This document shows positions 47,198-59,104 of a stretch of 64,000 bases of DNA, one piece after another. A program made the translations under genes and the position numbers. The stretch covers positions 1 to 64,000 of the forward strand of contig DF237414.1 in NCBI GenBank assembly GCA_000708835.1, given 5' to 3'. The stretch comes from Klebsormidium nitens. Lineage: Eukaryota > Plantae > Klebsormidiophyceae. Positions within the stretch are counted from its first letter, which is position 1. Every line of letters starts with the position of its first letter. Under the pieces are notes generated by a model. It searched no databases. It was not told where the DNA came from and was given only the letters and a program-made list of their open reading frames with translations.

Positions 47198-48231
47198 CCG
47201 CTGTACGTTAGTTGACCAGTTGACTATTGTTGGGTAACGGGGGTTGTAAGTTCGCCCGATCCGGCTTGTGACCGACAAGGACGCCGTCGGACCACCCCAA
47301 ATGAAAGCTGCTTCAAGTCAAAGCACGCGGCCATGGCTCTGAAAACAACACTTCCGTTCCCTGCTATATGCGTGGAAGGAGTTGTGAGAAAAGACAAAGC
47401 ATTTGTATGCTTACTTATACTAAGCTCAAGGTACACGTTGCAGATCCCGCTTCTTTCAACGATCTCAGTGTGCATGCTTCCAAATAGTGTTAATCACAGG
47501 AACTCACTCACTTGCGCATGATTTGGAAGGCCGGCCTTGTGTTTAAGTGAGCGGCTTGGAAGCGGCTTGTTGAAGTGTACACTGTGGAAGTGACGGTCGG
47601 CCAGCTGAAACTTAGATTCCTCGTGCTGTATATTGTACCGGCCGGCTACGTACGGTACTGTTGCATGGTCGCCCATGCAGCTGTATTGATTATAATGGAT
47701 TCGATCGAGGATTGATAACCGCCGGCCAGTGCCAGCCGCCGCGCGATGAAACGCATTGATTGATGTTTGTTGTGAAGTCTCGGACTTTTCGTCCATGCAT
47801 ATATACGGCTCAAATCCATGGCTGACTTGCAGATTGATGAAAAGCGTATATATATGTACGTATACGAATAATCCACCACAGACTTACGAACTACTGAAAC
47901 GCGCATATTACCAACTACATGACAGCGACAGGCAATTCAATGAATTGTTCTGGAAGTCAGGGATTCATCATCAGGTTCTTTCAGATTCTTACAAACCGTC
48001 TGCTTCGCGGCTTCACAGTCTGCTGCACTGCTATAGTCCAGCTTAAGTCGTCTGCCGACAAGGGTTGCTATCGATACGATCATGGAAGTGTCAACATTTG
48101 TCGAAAAAGTGGCTTCTGAAGACTGGGCAACCGCAAACAAGAATATTTCACTACATTCTGCCCACTAGGTGACGGTCTGACCCGTTCGGTAAAGGCTCCT
48201 ATCGTGACCCTATCACGTTTCTCTCCACTCT

Positions 48232-49360
48232 TCAACCTTGTGTCGCGTTCCCTCCTTGCCTTTGCCCCAGTTTCCTGTGCTGGTCTTTCTGATACTGCAC
48301 ATATCCATACATTACCCCTGTGGCTATTAAAAGAAGGATCCCAAACGCCCGCCGAACGTACTGAAACAGTTTTCCCTTGGGCCCTAAGACCGGGTGCGAA
48401 TCTGGATACACGACTCCAGTAGTACACATGAAGATTCCAGAAAGGGTCCAAATGACAGTGAGGGGAGTCAGCGGGTAGAGGAGCATCCTCATGAACCAGG
48501 AGCGGGGCGCAGCTTCCACCGGGACGCTTGGGGCAACATCGGAAGGGCTCTGTAAAGAAGTTGAGAGAAGATGCTGAGGCTGTGGATCGGAACTCGAGCA
48601 TTCAGCTGCCTTTGCATGATTGGACTGGGAGTCGATCAGCCCTTTTGGGGCGGTTCGTAGGAGCTCTTGGGGCTACAAAGCACAAAAAGTTCAGGCACTA
48701 GAGACCTTTTCATAGGCAGTAAAGAGAGATGAGTATTTGCTAGTGGGGGCCTTTGAAGTTGCTGCCGTGGAGAGTAAGGAGGGGAATGTGAGCTAGCCGG
48801 TGTCGCATGGAGCTGGCTTACAAAAGCAGGGACCATAAATGGCTTATGCTTCTGATGAAGAACAGACTAAACGACTGGCCATTTGGATATAATAGCAACA
48901 TGATTGCCAGCGTCTTTCGTAGCAAGCTGCGCATCATAGCTGCACGTTTGCTGGGGACCCAGACTGGACTGCTCGCACAGCACAAAATGCAAAAGGTAGC
49001 TTGAGGCCTAAAATCAGGTCACCTTGCTCAGTTATAACAAGTTTTACCAGTAATGACGACGTGACAAAGAGCTCATGGGCTGTGCAACAATACTCTGAGG
49101 AAATCGTAGATTGGGCTTTTGCCCATTGCAGAGGCGGGACACGTGACGAAAATCCTCCGTGGCAGATTGTACTGGTAATCTTCTTTCGTCAGCATTTCTT
49201 GAATAGCGAGATTTGGGAGACTGCAGGACCTCGAGCTCACCGTTTCGACGTTCTTGCTCTTTTTCGACGCCTTCCCCTTCTTGCTTGCCTTGGTTGCCTC
49301 AGAAGCAGAGGACGAACTGAGACGCCTCTGAACTTCCCGCCCTGATCTGGTGAGCACCAT
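48232..49360 (-). CDS. Small orphan membrane protein (about 145 aa): basic N-terminus, two predicted TM helices, 2 exons
   Basis: Exon 1 (49360-49241) reads MVLTRSGREVQRRLSSSSASEATKASKKGKASKKSKNVET and ends at ACG|GTGAGC. After the acceptor ttctttacag|AGC, in the same phase, the protein continues SPSDVAP..LLYPLTPLTVIWTLSGIFMC..RRAFGILLLIATGVMYGYVQY..QG*. I recognise no family. Confidence 0.6.
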
Positions 49361-50030
49361 GGTCACTTTTGGACGTAATGAGCTGAATCGTTAGCTCAGG
49401 AAAATATTTGGAAGCTGGGGCGAGGAAAAAGCTAAGCGAGTCTCTGACACGCCGGCAGGTGTCAGCCACAACAAAGTGGACGTCAGCTGTAAAAAGCAGA
49501 GCTGCAGTGAAGCTCCTGTGCTGCCACCCTCTTTATTTCGTTTTGCTTTGAAACCACTTGCGCCACAGGAGCCTATCCAGAATGTTGCTGTCAGTAGTTG
49601 AGCTGGTTGCTCAGCAATCAATTCAAGCTGCTTGCATTGTGTAGAAGACCCGTTAGGTGCCAGCGGAGTACGGTAGTATGTACCGTCTGGCTCCCTTGCG
49701 ACCAATCTTGCAGGAAAGAGGCGAGCTAGCTGGACATGATCTGCCATGCCCTCGTGAGCACAGAAAATTTATTGATGGATCACGGTGTGGTGCAGCAGAA
49801 TCTATCTGTTTGGTTCATGCCGGCTAACCTGCGTAAGAAACGCGCGCAACGACGTATGCCAGGAATTTGAAACCGTCGATATGACGGCAATCGACGGTAC
49901 GGATCGCTAGCTGCCAAGCATGGTCCCAGAATACGCTTAGGCTCTGCCCGCGGCATATGCGCGGGCAGCCCGCGGCCGGCCGCCCACTTTATACATACCT
50001 TGGTGCCCCGCATACGTCAACATCATTAAA

Positions 50031-50379
50031 CCACCACCCGCGGTATTTAATCGGCCGAAGTGGTCGGGAGTCTCGCCAACGGTCACCGGAATACGAATTT
50101 CGGTCGAGGGCGCACGATCTGAATTCCATCAAAATTGACCTTATGCGAGGGCAAAACAGACGCATTTCTTCATCTTTTTCGGCGATTTCACTTCGCATAG
50201 CTCAGGTACAGTCATCCAAGAATGGTCAGATCGAAACCGCCGTTCGAAACGATGCAAAATGACTCATTTTGAGGGTGTTCTGGCATTTCTCGTATACATG
50301 CGCCATCGCGAAATTTCAAGTTCCGAAACTTGACTTTGGCAATCCTGACACCCAGGAGTATTTATACCGCGGGTGGTGG
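50031..50379. mobile_element. Candidate MITE-like element, 349 bp, bounded by perfect 16-bp inverted repeats
   Basis: CCACCACCCGCGGTAT (50031-50046) and ATACCGCGGGTGGTGG (50364-50379). An internal near-palindrome CAAAATGACTCATTTTG lies at 50255-50271. No target-site duplication is evident. Confidence 0.45.
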
Positions 50380-50774
50380 ATTGTTGAACCTCAAAGCTCG
50401 TGCGTACTAGATTCAGCCCGGCGATCCGTCATGCACTGAGTTGCAAGCTAAAGTTCATAGTGAATTTCATGCCTGTAAAGCCGAATTCTGCGGGCAAAAT
50501 AAGGTTATGCAGATATGCGCCGCCATCAGACATGCACTCAGCTCGGCACGCGCAACCCATTTCGGCCAGGTCACTAGCCGCCATCAATGTACGCATTGAT
50601 TACACATCGGTACCGGTACACGTCGCAGCATCCACGTTGCATGTTGCCAACATTGTGTTGAATGTCAGAAAAGGTGTTTACCAAAAAAAGTCCTCTCTTC
50701 TATTTAACCGTTTCCTTTCTTGAATGTATGTATGGTTGATAGGCAGCACTCTCCTGCCAAAAGTTTCAGTCGAA

Positions 50775-53700
50775 TCATCTGAGGTTGCAAAGCCGGGGTC
50801 GGTCGCACAGCTGTTGGCCGTGCCTCTTGATGAAGGAGAAGGTGAAATATGCGAAACCAATGTACAAGAAGGCCCAAGCAAAGTACTGCACGTTCAAGTT
50901 TGTGATGCCTGCACCAATCAAAGCGGCAAAGTCAGGAGGATTCCCTGGTTTTCTCCGACCAAAAACACCCGGAAGCTTGTTTCGCAAAGACTTTTGCCAA
51001 CGTCCTTCCAACTTCGCTGTGTGCCAGAGGCAATCGGTGCTTGTATTTCTCATGATTGAGATCAAAGAAGACAAATATCAATGGAATGGACGAGAGTCTG
51101 GTTGAGAGTGAGCTCCAACACAAACGGAGTCTGAAACCAAATCATGAAGTGAATGCACAATGAGCGCTCGGCAGAACGTCTCGCTCACGAGAATTCACAA
51201 CGGCTCACAGGAGCTCATGACCGGTCGAAAGAGCTTAAGACGTACCTCGTGTGGCATTCCAGATGGCCAGAGTTGCGGTCGCGATGAGGCCCGTCAGCAC
51301 GAGGGGCGTCCACTGCAGGGAGGGAAAAGTTCCACAAACTGAGGTTCAAAAGTTTCTCAAAGGTTTTTAAGGAAGATATGTAGGGTGTAGTCGGCTACAA
51401 GAGGGGCCAGGAATGTATGACCAAGCATTCAACAGACATGGACAGCGTGAAGCCAATAATGGAGCTCAAGAGTTACTCCCGCGATACGTCCAGCACCGTC
51501 CAGCACCAGAGGGGCTGCCTATCAAGCTGAATTCCCATTGTCGGACATGAAGTACGACCAAAGCGACGTTCGGCGTGTGTGGGAGCGCTTACCACTGTCA
51601 AGTTTCCGCCTCTCAGAGGAGGGGAGTCGTCCGTCACGGTGTAGTGCCCAGTCACCAGGTCCAAGGCGTCCTGTTGAGACAAGAGGTCACGAACTTAAAG
51701 AGGAAGTGGGGGAAAACCAGATCGCAGAGACATTCTGCCTAAATCAACAGGAGTACAAGAACGATACCAGATTAGAGGTAGGAGAGAATTGGAACAAATC
51801 TTGACTGCCGCACGAAAGGCTCAACGAGTATTTGATTCGGACCAAGTCTTCTTCGTCTGTCATGTGTCTAGCAAAAACAGGATGATACGCAGACTTTGTT
51901 GTAAGCTTGACGCCTTTTCAGCTCTGAACGCCGCCAGCAAAGCAGTAAATTCCAGAACGCTGGTTAGAATGTGGTTCTGACGATGTGACCGTACCTGTCG
52001 GTGGCCGTCAGTGAAGTTGTTGTAGTAGTACCGCGTGAGCGCATTCACACCGTCCTGGAGCAGCCCCCGGAAGCTACGGGTTCCGTACCTGCACTCAAAA
52101 TGCGGATGCTTACGTTTCTGCCAACCCGACAGGAATGGATGGCGGCAAAATGATACGATGCATAGACCCTAAGAGGGCTTGTGAGACGAAGAACATCCGA
52201 CCTCTTTGAATCTTTGCTGCTCCGTTTCTGCGCTTCGTTCGTCTTTTGCGCGGTTCTTCAAGTGCGTCTGTTAGCATGAAGCGTTCCCCTGTTGAAATGC
52301 TAGGACTGCTACCTTCCCAGCTGATTGAACCCTAGCAACCGCTGTCACCTAATCAGCACGGAAGCAATCTTACCTCACGAAGTCGCCCTTCAAGGCGCCT
52401 GTCCCGGCGTACTGCAGGCTGATTGCATCCCCATGGTCTGCCCAAACTGCATCATAAGATAAAGAAACAGATCAGATGTACGGATGTGCGAAATCATGAG
52501 AAAGCGCATATCAAATCAGGCGATACAAGGAGACTACAGGATGATCATACCTGGGCGGTAGATGTCCGCCACACGAAATTTAGGAGCACTTAGGAGCGCA
52601 GACATTTGGGGCCGTAAAGCTCCCGAAAACAGACAACTTCGACGAGCAAACGTTCGCCGGCACATGGTAAGGGTCTCGCACTCTTGCTTATGAGAGACCT
52701 TACAAAGAAACGAGTATGTTCTGCGTCTCCCCTTCTGGTAGCCGTGAATGAGCGAGCCAAATGTAATACGGCCGGCTCTGAGCGGACGTCCGGAGTGGTT
52801 TTTCCAGAGTGACTCGAAACACCATCCGCCAGACAAGCTAAGACGTACGACACGCATGTAACTAACAGAAGCCATGACGAGAAGGCAAACAGCGACAGCA
52901 GCGACGAGATCGACAAGGGTGCTCAACAGTCATCACTCACGGATCTTGTACTGCACGTCAAACGTGGGATGAGCCGCCACGATCTCGCTCTCGCTGAAGA
53001 CGCCCAGTCGGAACAGCTGCGCTTCCAACGCCTTCCTAGCCAGGACGCTCTGTGCAACAAAATCGAATTTTTGAAAAAGAAGAAGCAAAACGGCTTTGCC
53101 CAGCTAGTGCCGGCGAATCGGATCCTGGAGTTTGAGTATTAAGAGGTGTGAGTGTTCTAAGCAATCTGAGGTGCACGTGACATGGATACCGTCAGAGGCT
53201 GGCTCGCAGCCCCGCAGCTAATGGCATTAACGGCCTTTGTGGTCATTGTTAGGACCCAGCTCGACGAAAGCTCGCCGCAAAGAGACACACAACAGAGTAT
53301 GGAATGCTATCACTTACAAGCGCGTTCCTATAAAATAACTGTATTTTAATACGGACTGGCAACAGACGAATTGATACTCCTACAATCCGAGAAGCTGACT
53401 TGTAAAGGCGAATGACAACCGTCAACTCTAGCGACGCATAACAGGCTGTCACCCACTGGTGAGAAACTCTCAGCCACTATTCGCCTCAGGCCCGGCGCAA
53501 ATCAGCAGTGGTATCAGACTTGCTTACCTGGAACACGTTGGTTCTGTCCAGGCAGTCGATGCAGTTGGTCCTGACGACGCCCTTCTGCAGCTGGAGCACC
53601 TCGCCGTTGTCGCGGGCCAGGAAGTACCTGCAATTGCAAGCCGCGCTGTCAATCTTCGTTCCGATTGAACGACTTTGCATTGAAGTACGCACTGCGCTAG

Positions 53701-56700
53701 GTAAATGGCAACTTCACCAAGAGGATAGAGGTGACGGGCACACGGATGCACGATCTGATGTTGGCTCAATAATCTGCTGCATGCAAATGTCGCAAAAAAA
53801 ACCTGGCAATCAGAACATTGAGCAACTGTTGTCCTTGGATAGGGTAAAAAGCAGTGGCTTTTGCTACAGAGGGTCGATTTCGAAGTGACGTGCTTTCGTT
53901 GTTCCACGTTGGAATAAGAGGACTCTTTCCACGTTGGACTACCGGGGATCTTACAAAACTTACAAATGACCAGGTAAGAAGCTAGGCCTTCACAGAGCAG
54001 GCCCTGTTCAGCCCTCCAGCGTCGGAATCCCCCCCACAAATCATGCAAACGTCTAACGCTGAGAAGCTGGTCTCTCGCAGAGCAGGGCCTCTTCATCCGT
54101 CCAACTCACTTGTGCTCGCCCTCGACGGCGTCCCGGATCTTGGCCCACAGAATGTTGACCTTCTCAAAGTGCATGCGGCCGCACTCCTTGTGGAAGTCAA
54201 ACGGCCAATACCTGCAAGAAGAATCCAAACTCATTGAGTTTAGAATGTAAAGTTCAGTACCTTCCCGTCGGGCTATGCCTACATTGAAAGTACTGAAGCA
54301 CACAAGAGAGCCGGCCAAGGAAAATATTGCGGACCTATATTGGACCGACTTAAGCTGCTTCGAGACTCAGGACGGCCCACAGAAGCCTCTCAAACTAAGA
54401 CGATCCGCCTCTTAAGTCTGTAAACCAATCAAAATGTCACAACTCGTGAGAATCTGCTCGTGACGAAATTTGGAAAAGCTTCAAGAACGAGACTGGAAAT
54501 TGGCTACAACCTTAACGCCAGCCGGCTAGGGTGGCCTTCGAAAAAGCTCAACAGGCCCCTTTCTTGCAATATAAGAAGCTAGGGAGCCGAGTCATCCATG
54601 AAGACAAAGAAGGGCGGGAGCCAGCTAAGAGACAAGCAGAACTTCTCAGGGGTTTCTCGCTCCAACACGGAGCTTCCAAAAATTTGCACTCACGAGACGG
54701 CAGCATTTGTTTCGCTGATGACCGCCATCTCCTTCTTGTAGGCAGAACCGAGAACCGCCTCCCCGCCTTTCTGCAAACGAAGAAGGTGGGGTTACCCAAA
54801 AGTTGACAAACGATCTGATTGCACGGCATCGCGACTTTTACGCTGATTGAAACGTATAATCGGGTAGAAAGGCGACCACTGTTCCCGACGTCCCAAGCTC
54901 CACAGGCTACTTATCAATCAACGTAAGAATTCTTTGATGTATGACGTTCAGCAACTACAAAGCCCGCTGCGCACGTTACTGGTCGCCAGTATTGAGACCA
55001 CGTAGGCAAACTTGTTGCGACAATGGGGCCAATCTGGCACCTTTTAGGCGCCGAAAAGTAAGTTCGGAGTAGGCCCCTTTGGTATCAACCATACTCACGC
55101 GAACAGGTGGCACGTTGTTCTTCGGAAACCCGTGCTTGGAGATTGGTTGAAAGCAGCGCATGTTTTAGACCAGCGGAGTCGGGTTTGGAAACTTGCCTGG
55201 TTGACCAGATCAACGGCCACGATGCCGCCGTACGCCTTGCTCAACTTCTCGAAGTGCTGCTTGGCGACAGACATCTGAAACAAGAGGTACAAAAAGTCAG
55301 CCGACTTGCCGGTATTACATATGGTAATAGGACGATATGTAAGCTGAGTGTGTGACCAGGTTCGAAAAAGGCCTGTGGTCCTCTGGAAGATACTAGACAT
55401 GAGCAGTTTCGAACTCCTGCTTCAAGTTTACGTAAGTATCTCCACTTTAGATGCGGAAACAGAGCGAAGGTAAAAGACCTCGCAAAGCAAGTTCGCCGGT
55501 GCCGACGATATGATTAAATAATAGCTTCCTTGACTTTGTTTGATCGGCCAATTGCCAGACTAAGCCGGGCTTTCATCGAATCGCGAAGTGCCCTCAGGTC
55601 TGCAATCAGAGTCAGAATCATGTCAGCGACCGAAAGTGACCGGGCCTGACTTGCAAATAGTAGGGCAACTCCTCGGCTCAGTGAGAGCTCGCAAAAGTGG
55701 AAACACAGGATCTGTATAGAAGATAGGTAACTTACGCTGGTACTGGTCTCCACCGTTCTGATCTTCGGCTTCCATTTCAGGTCCACCACCTGGTCCCAGA
55801 AGATAGGGATTGAGCCCCGGACCTGCATCAAAAAATCAGAGACGCTGGATCAGCTTCACCCTCAATGATGTCTTGGCAAACAACAAAACGTGCGGGAACC
55901 TCAGGACGTCGGAAAACCCGTTGAAGATGCAATTCCTACAACTTCGCCTAATTATATCCGTTTTGATCGATAACAACGTGCCGCAATCTCACAGCTTCTA
56001 GATGCCCTGGCTGAAGCTGCAAGCAACCCCAACTCTTTCTTACTCGCAGACCCGTCCCCTTTGAGAATTGTTGCCTGGTTCCATTGACTCACTCGTCCCT
56101 TGCCGAAGCATGTGACCCTAAGTCGAGCCAAAGGAATCAGTCGGTTCCTCTCCAAAATGGGAGGTTAACAACATACCGGCATCTTTGCTACTAAGTCGAA
56201 ACGACGGCTTTGGGAGCATCGTCTCCCTGCCTACCTGGATGTATGACGCAACGTGGTTCGCAGTCAAGACGAGCTGCTCCGTCTCCACGAAGTTGGCCAC
56301 GTTCCCGGCCTTGTCTGCCCCTCGCCTCCACATGCGAGTGCCAATCCGGTCCGAGCTCCTCCTTGCTATCAGGGTGAGATCGAGCGCCTTGTTCTTGATG
56401 CCCTGCGCTTTCAGGGTCTGCACGCTACCTTGCATGATGGGGATGATGAACGGGTCCAACTGCAGAAGGGGAGTCAGTGGAATTGTTGAAAATCCATGAT
56501 TTAAAAGACGGCAACAGGAACGTCAGGCAAACCTAGTCTTCCGGATTTACGCTCAGTGATATGTTTATGCAGACCTCGCCCAGACATGATCAATCTGCTT
56601 TCTTTATCTGGCAAGACTTGCCGGTGCCAAGTCGAAACAAATAGGACGACGTCGGCGAGAGTTAGAACACACGTGGAATGCAGAAGAAAGAAAGTCCAGT

Positions 56701-58455
56701 TAACCGCACTCACCCGTTTCTTGATGAGAGGTTCGACAAGGTAGCGGTTCCAGAAGAAGCGCGGCTCCGCCTGTACGGACGCGGAAGAAAAGTTTGCGTT
56801 TGCATTCCGGATGAATTCCGGATGTCTCCAAGGAACCCCATTGTTCAGAGGGCCTTCCAAAAGACATCCTGCACTTCAAATGTTCATGCAAAAGCAACAG
56901 GTTGTACTGACGGTGTGAAATGTTTTTTTGAAGCCTATCCAGAGCTTTCGTATTCAGGCAAGAACTCTTTCATATCAAACTCACTCGTTCGGCCAAGGAA
57001 TCGGAACTCTTCCTCAACTCCAGTGCGAATGTTCACTGACAAAGTTATTGACAAAGCATGAGCTTTCACCTTCCGATCCAATATTTGTTTTAGCAAGTAT
57101 TTGCAAGACGGTTAAGCCCGCAAAGAGGGTGAACAAACATGTTACTGGAACAGGAAACATAAAATATACTGGTAATATTGACCGTAAGGACCAGCCAAAG
57201 GATCTCACTCGCTCATACTCCGGCTTTGCGAGGTCTTCCTTGTCAAGCGTGGCAAAGCTCTGTTGGCTGCAGCAACAGCCAAAAGATCCAGGTCAGATAA
57301 GAGGACTACTCTTACACTTGCTTCAATCACCCGGCAAAATCCACAGCAGCTTCAGACCAGTAATGCGCCACAGGCCTCATGAGGGCAACATTGCATTTCG
57401 GAATGAATCAGTCAAGGAAACTGGCTGCGCATAGGCCAGCATGCAAGGCGTACTGTCTTACTTTAGTGTGATATCTCCCTGGGGCGAAAAGTACAGGCCT
57501 GGCGCCGCCAAAGCGTGTCGGAGCAGAGTCAAGTAGACTTCTTCGTCGTGTTTCTGGACACAGAGGACTTTGGCATAAGCTGCCTATCAACTCCAATACA
57601 AGAAGCTAAGCTTATAGATTGAGCTGCCTTTACTGAACATGCAAAGTTTTCCAAGCTGAAAAATGGATTGAATCAGTGACTATGCACTATTCAAACCGAG
57701 GAATGCTCTGGAATGGTCACTCACTTGTGAAGAGGACAGCTGATCGCTGGAAGAAGAGCACTGCAGGATCCGTGTGCCTGTGATTTGGTACACCGGCTGC
57801 CCGCGCAGTGTTGCAACAAGCTCCCTGTTTGTGATCACAATAACGTACGTTCCTGCAGACAAGCAACTATCCCTTGTTGACATTGCAGAGTGCGGAGGTC
57901 TACAAGTGGTGGTGAAGGCCAGCAAATCTCAAGCCGAGGTTTCCTTGGACTCTTAAGATACTACGAGTCAGAAAGACCAATAAGGGCATGCACCTTGGAT
58001 TGCACTTAAAATGAGGTTGATCAGCTTTTTATAGTTACTTGGTGTCATGAGATGCATTGGGGGACTGACCTGCAATCAACTTGATCATGCCAACGACACC
58101 ATACACCTTCTCTCCCTGCAGAGGCTCAGCAGGTACACCTGCAATCAAGCGTTACAATTGGCAGTAACACTCAGAGTGTGAATCAAAGCTAGGCTGAAGA
58201 AGGCACTCGATTGAGGCATGAGCTGAGCTGATGAGCTTCATGGTTTGATTGGGTGTCTTCAAACGTAAGCGTCCCTCATTAGATCGTCACGCTGCAGAAG
58301 GAAATTGCCCGTAGAAACTCACTCTTTGTTGACACATCTCCAGTCTTCCTATCCACAATCAGCGCCTGTGATGGGGATCCGTTTGCAGCTTTCAGGACAA
58401 AGCTGCTCGGGCTCTCCTCAAGGTAGAATTGTGCGTGCAGAGTGTCGCCGCCCAT
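50775..58455 (-). CDS. SAC1: SAC-domain phosphoinositide phosphatase of the yeast/animal Sac1 type (plant SAC6/7/8 class), about 14 exons, two C-terminal TM helices
   Basis: Motifs in order: [73 protein letters not shown], the catalytic [17 protein letters not shown] (CX5RT), [49 protein letters not shown], and C-terminal QLCDRPRL*. The ATG is at 58455. Confidence 0.95.
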
Positions 58456-59104
58456 GATGACAGCGGGGGAGCTCTATTTTCAGTGCACCCTCTGGTTGAA
58501 GGCAGCAGATTCAAATCAGCACTGCAACAAGGCAATCAACTTGAGGTCTCGAATGCAGGCGCCTGCATGCTGTTTATCGACACAGAGCCCAGCAGATGTT
58601 GCATGCTGACTCCCTGGCTTGAAGTTGGAGCAGCTTGCTTCTGAGTTTTCAGAACAAAAGGCTGTCAAAAGAATCACATAAGCGAAGTCCAAATCAGCAA
58701 ATATATAAAGAAGTTGCAAGGTTGTTAAAAGTATTACATGAAAATCCGACATGAAGGCTTATTTGGCGCGAAACTTGGTCAGGCAGCCCGCCTTCTTATT
58801 GGATGTTTGTATATCCCCAATTTTGCTTATACAAACCTACTTGGGAAAAAGCGCTGCAAGCTACCTAGGTTAAACCTGAAAAGCAGCAGAGTTGAGAGGG
58901 AATCTTGAGCAGACCTGTGCTTTGCCTAGAAACCTTAGACTTTTTGAGAGTTGAACCTGTTTGAACCTAAAGTTTGATGGAAGGCCAGTGCTCATACATT
59001 GGCTATGAACTTCCTGCTTGGGGCCATACATGGTCGGAGGCAAATGTGCCAAAGCGCTGGGCTCCATAATAAAATCGGTGTTGTCTAAGACAAGAAGCTG
59101 AAAA

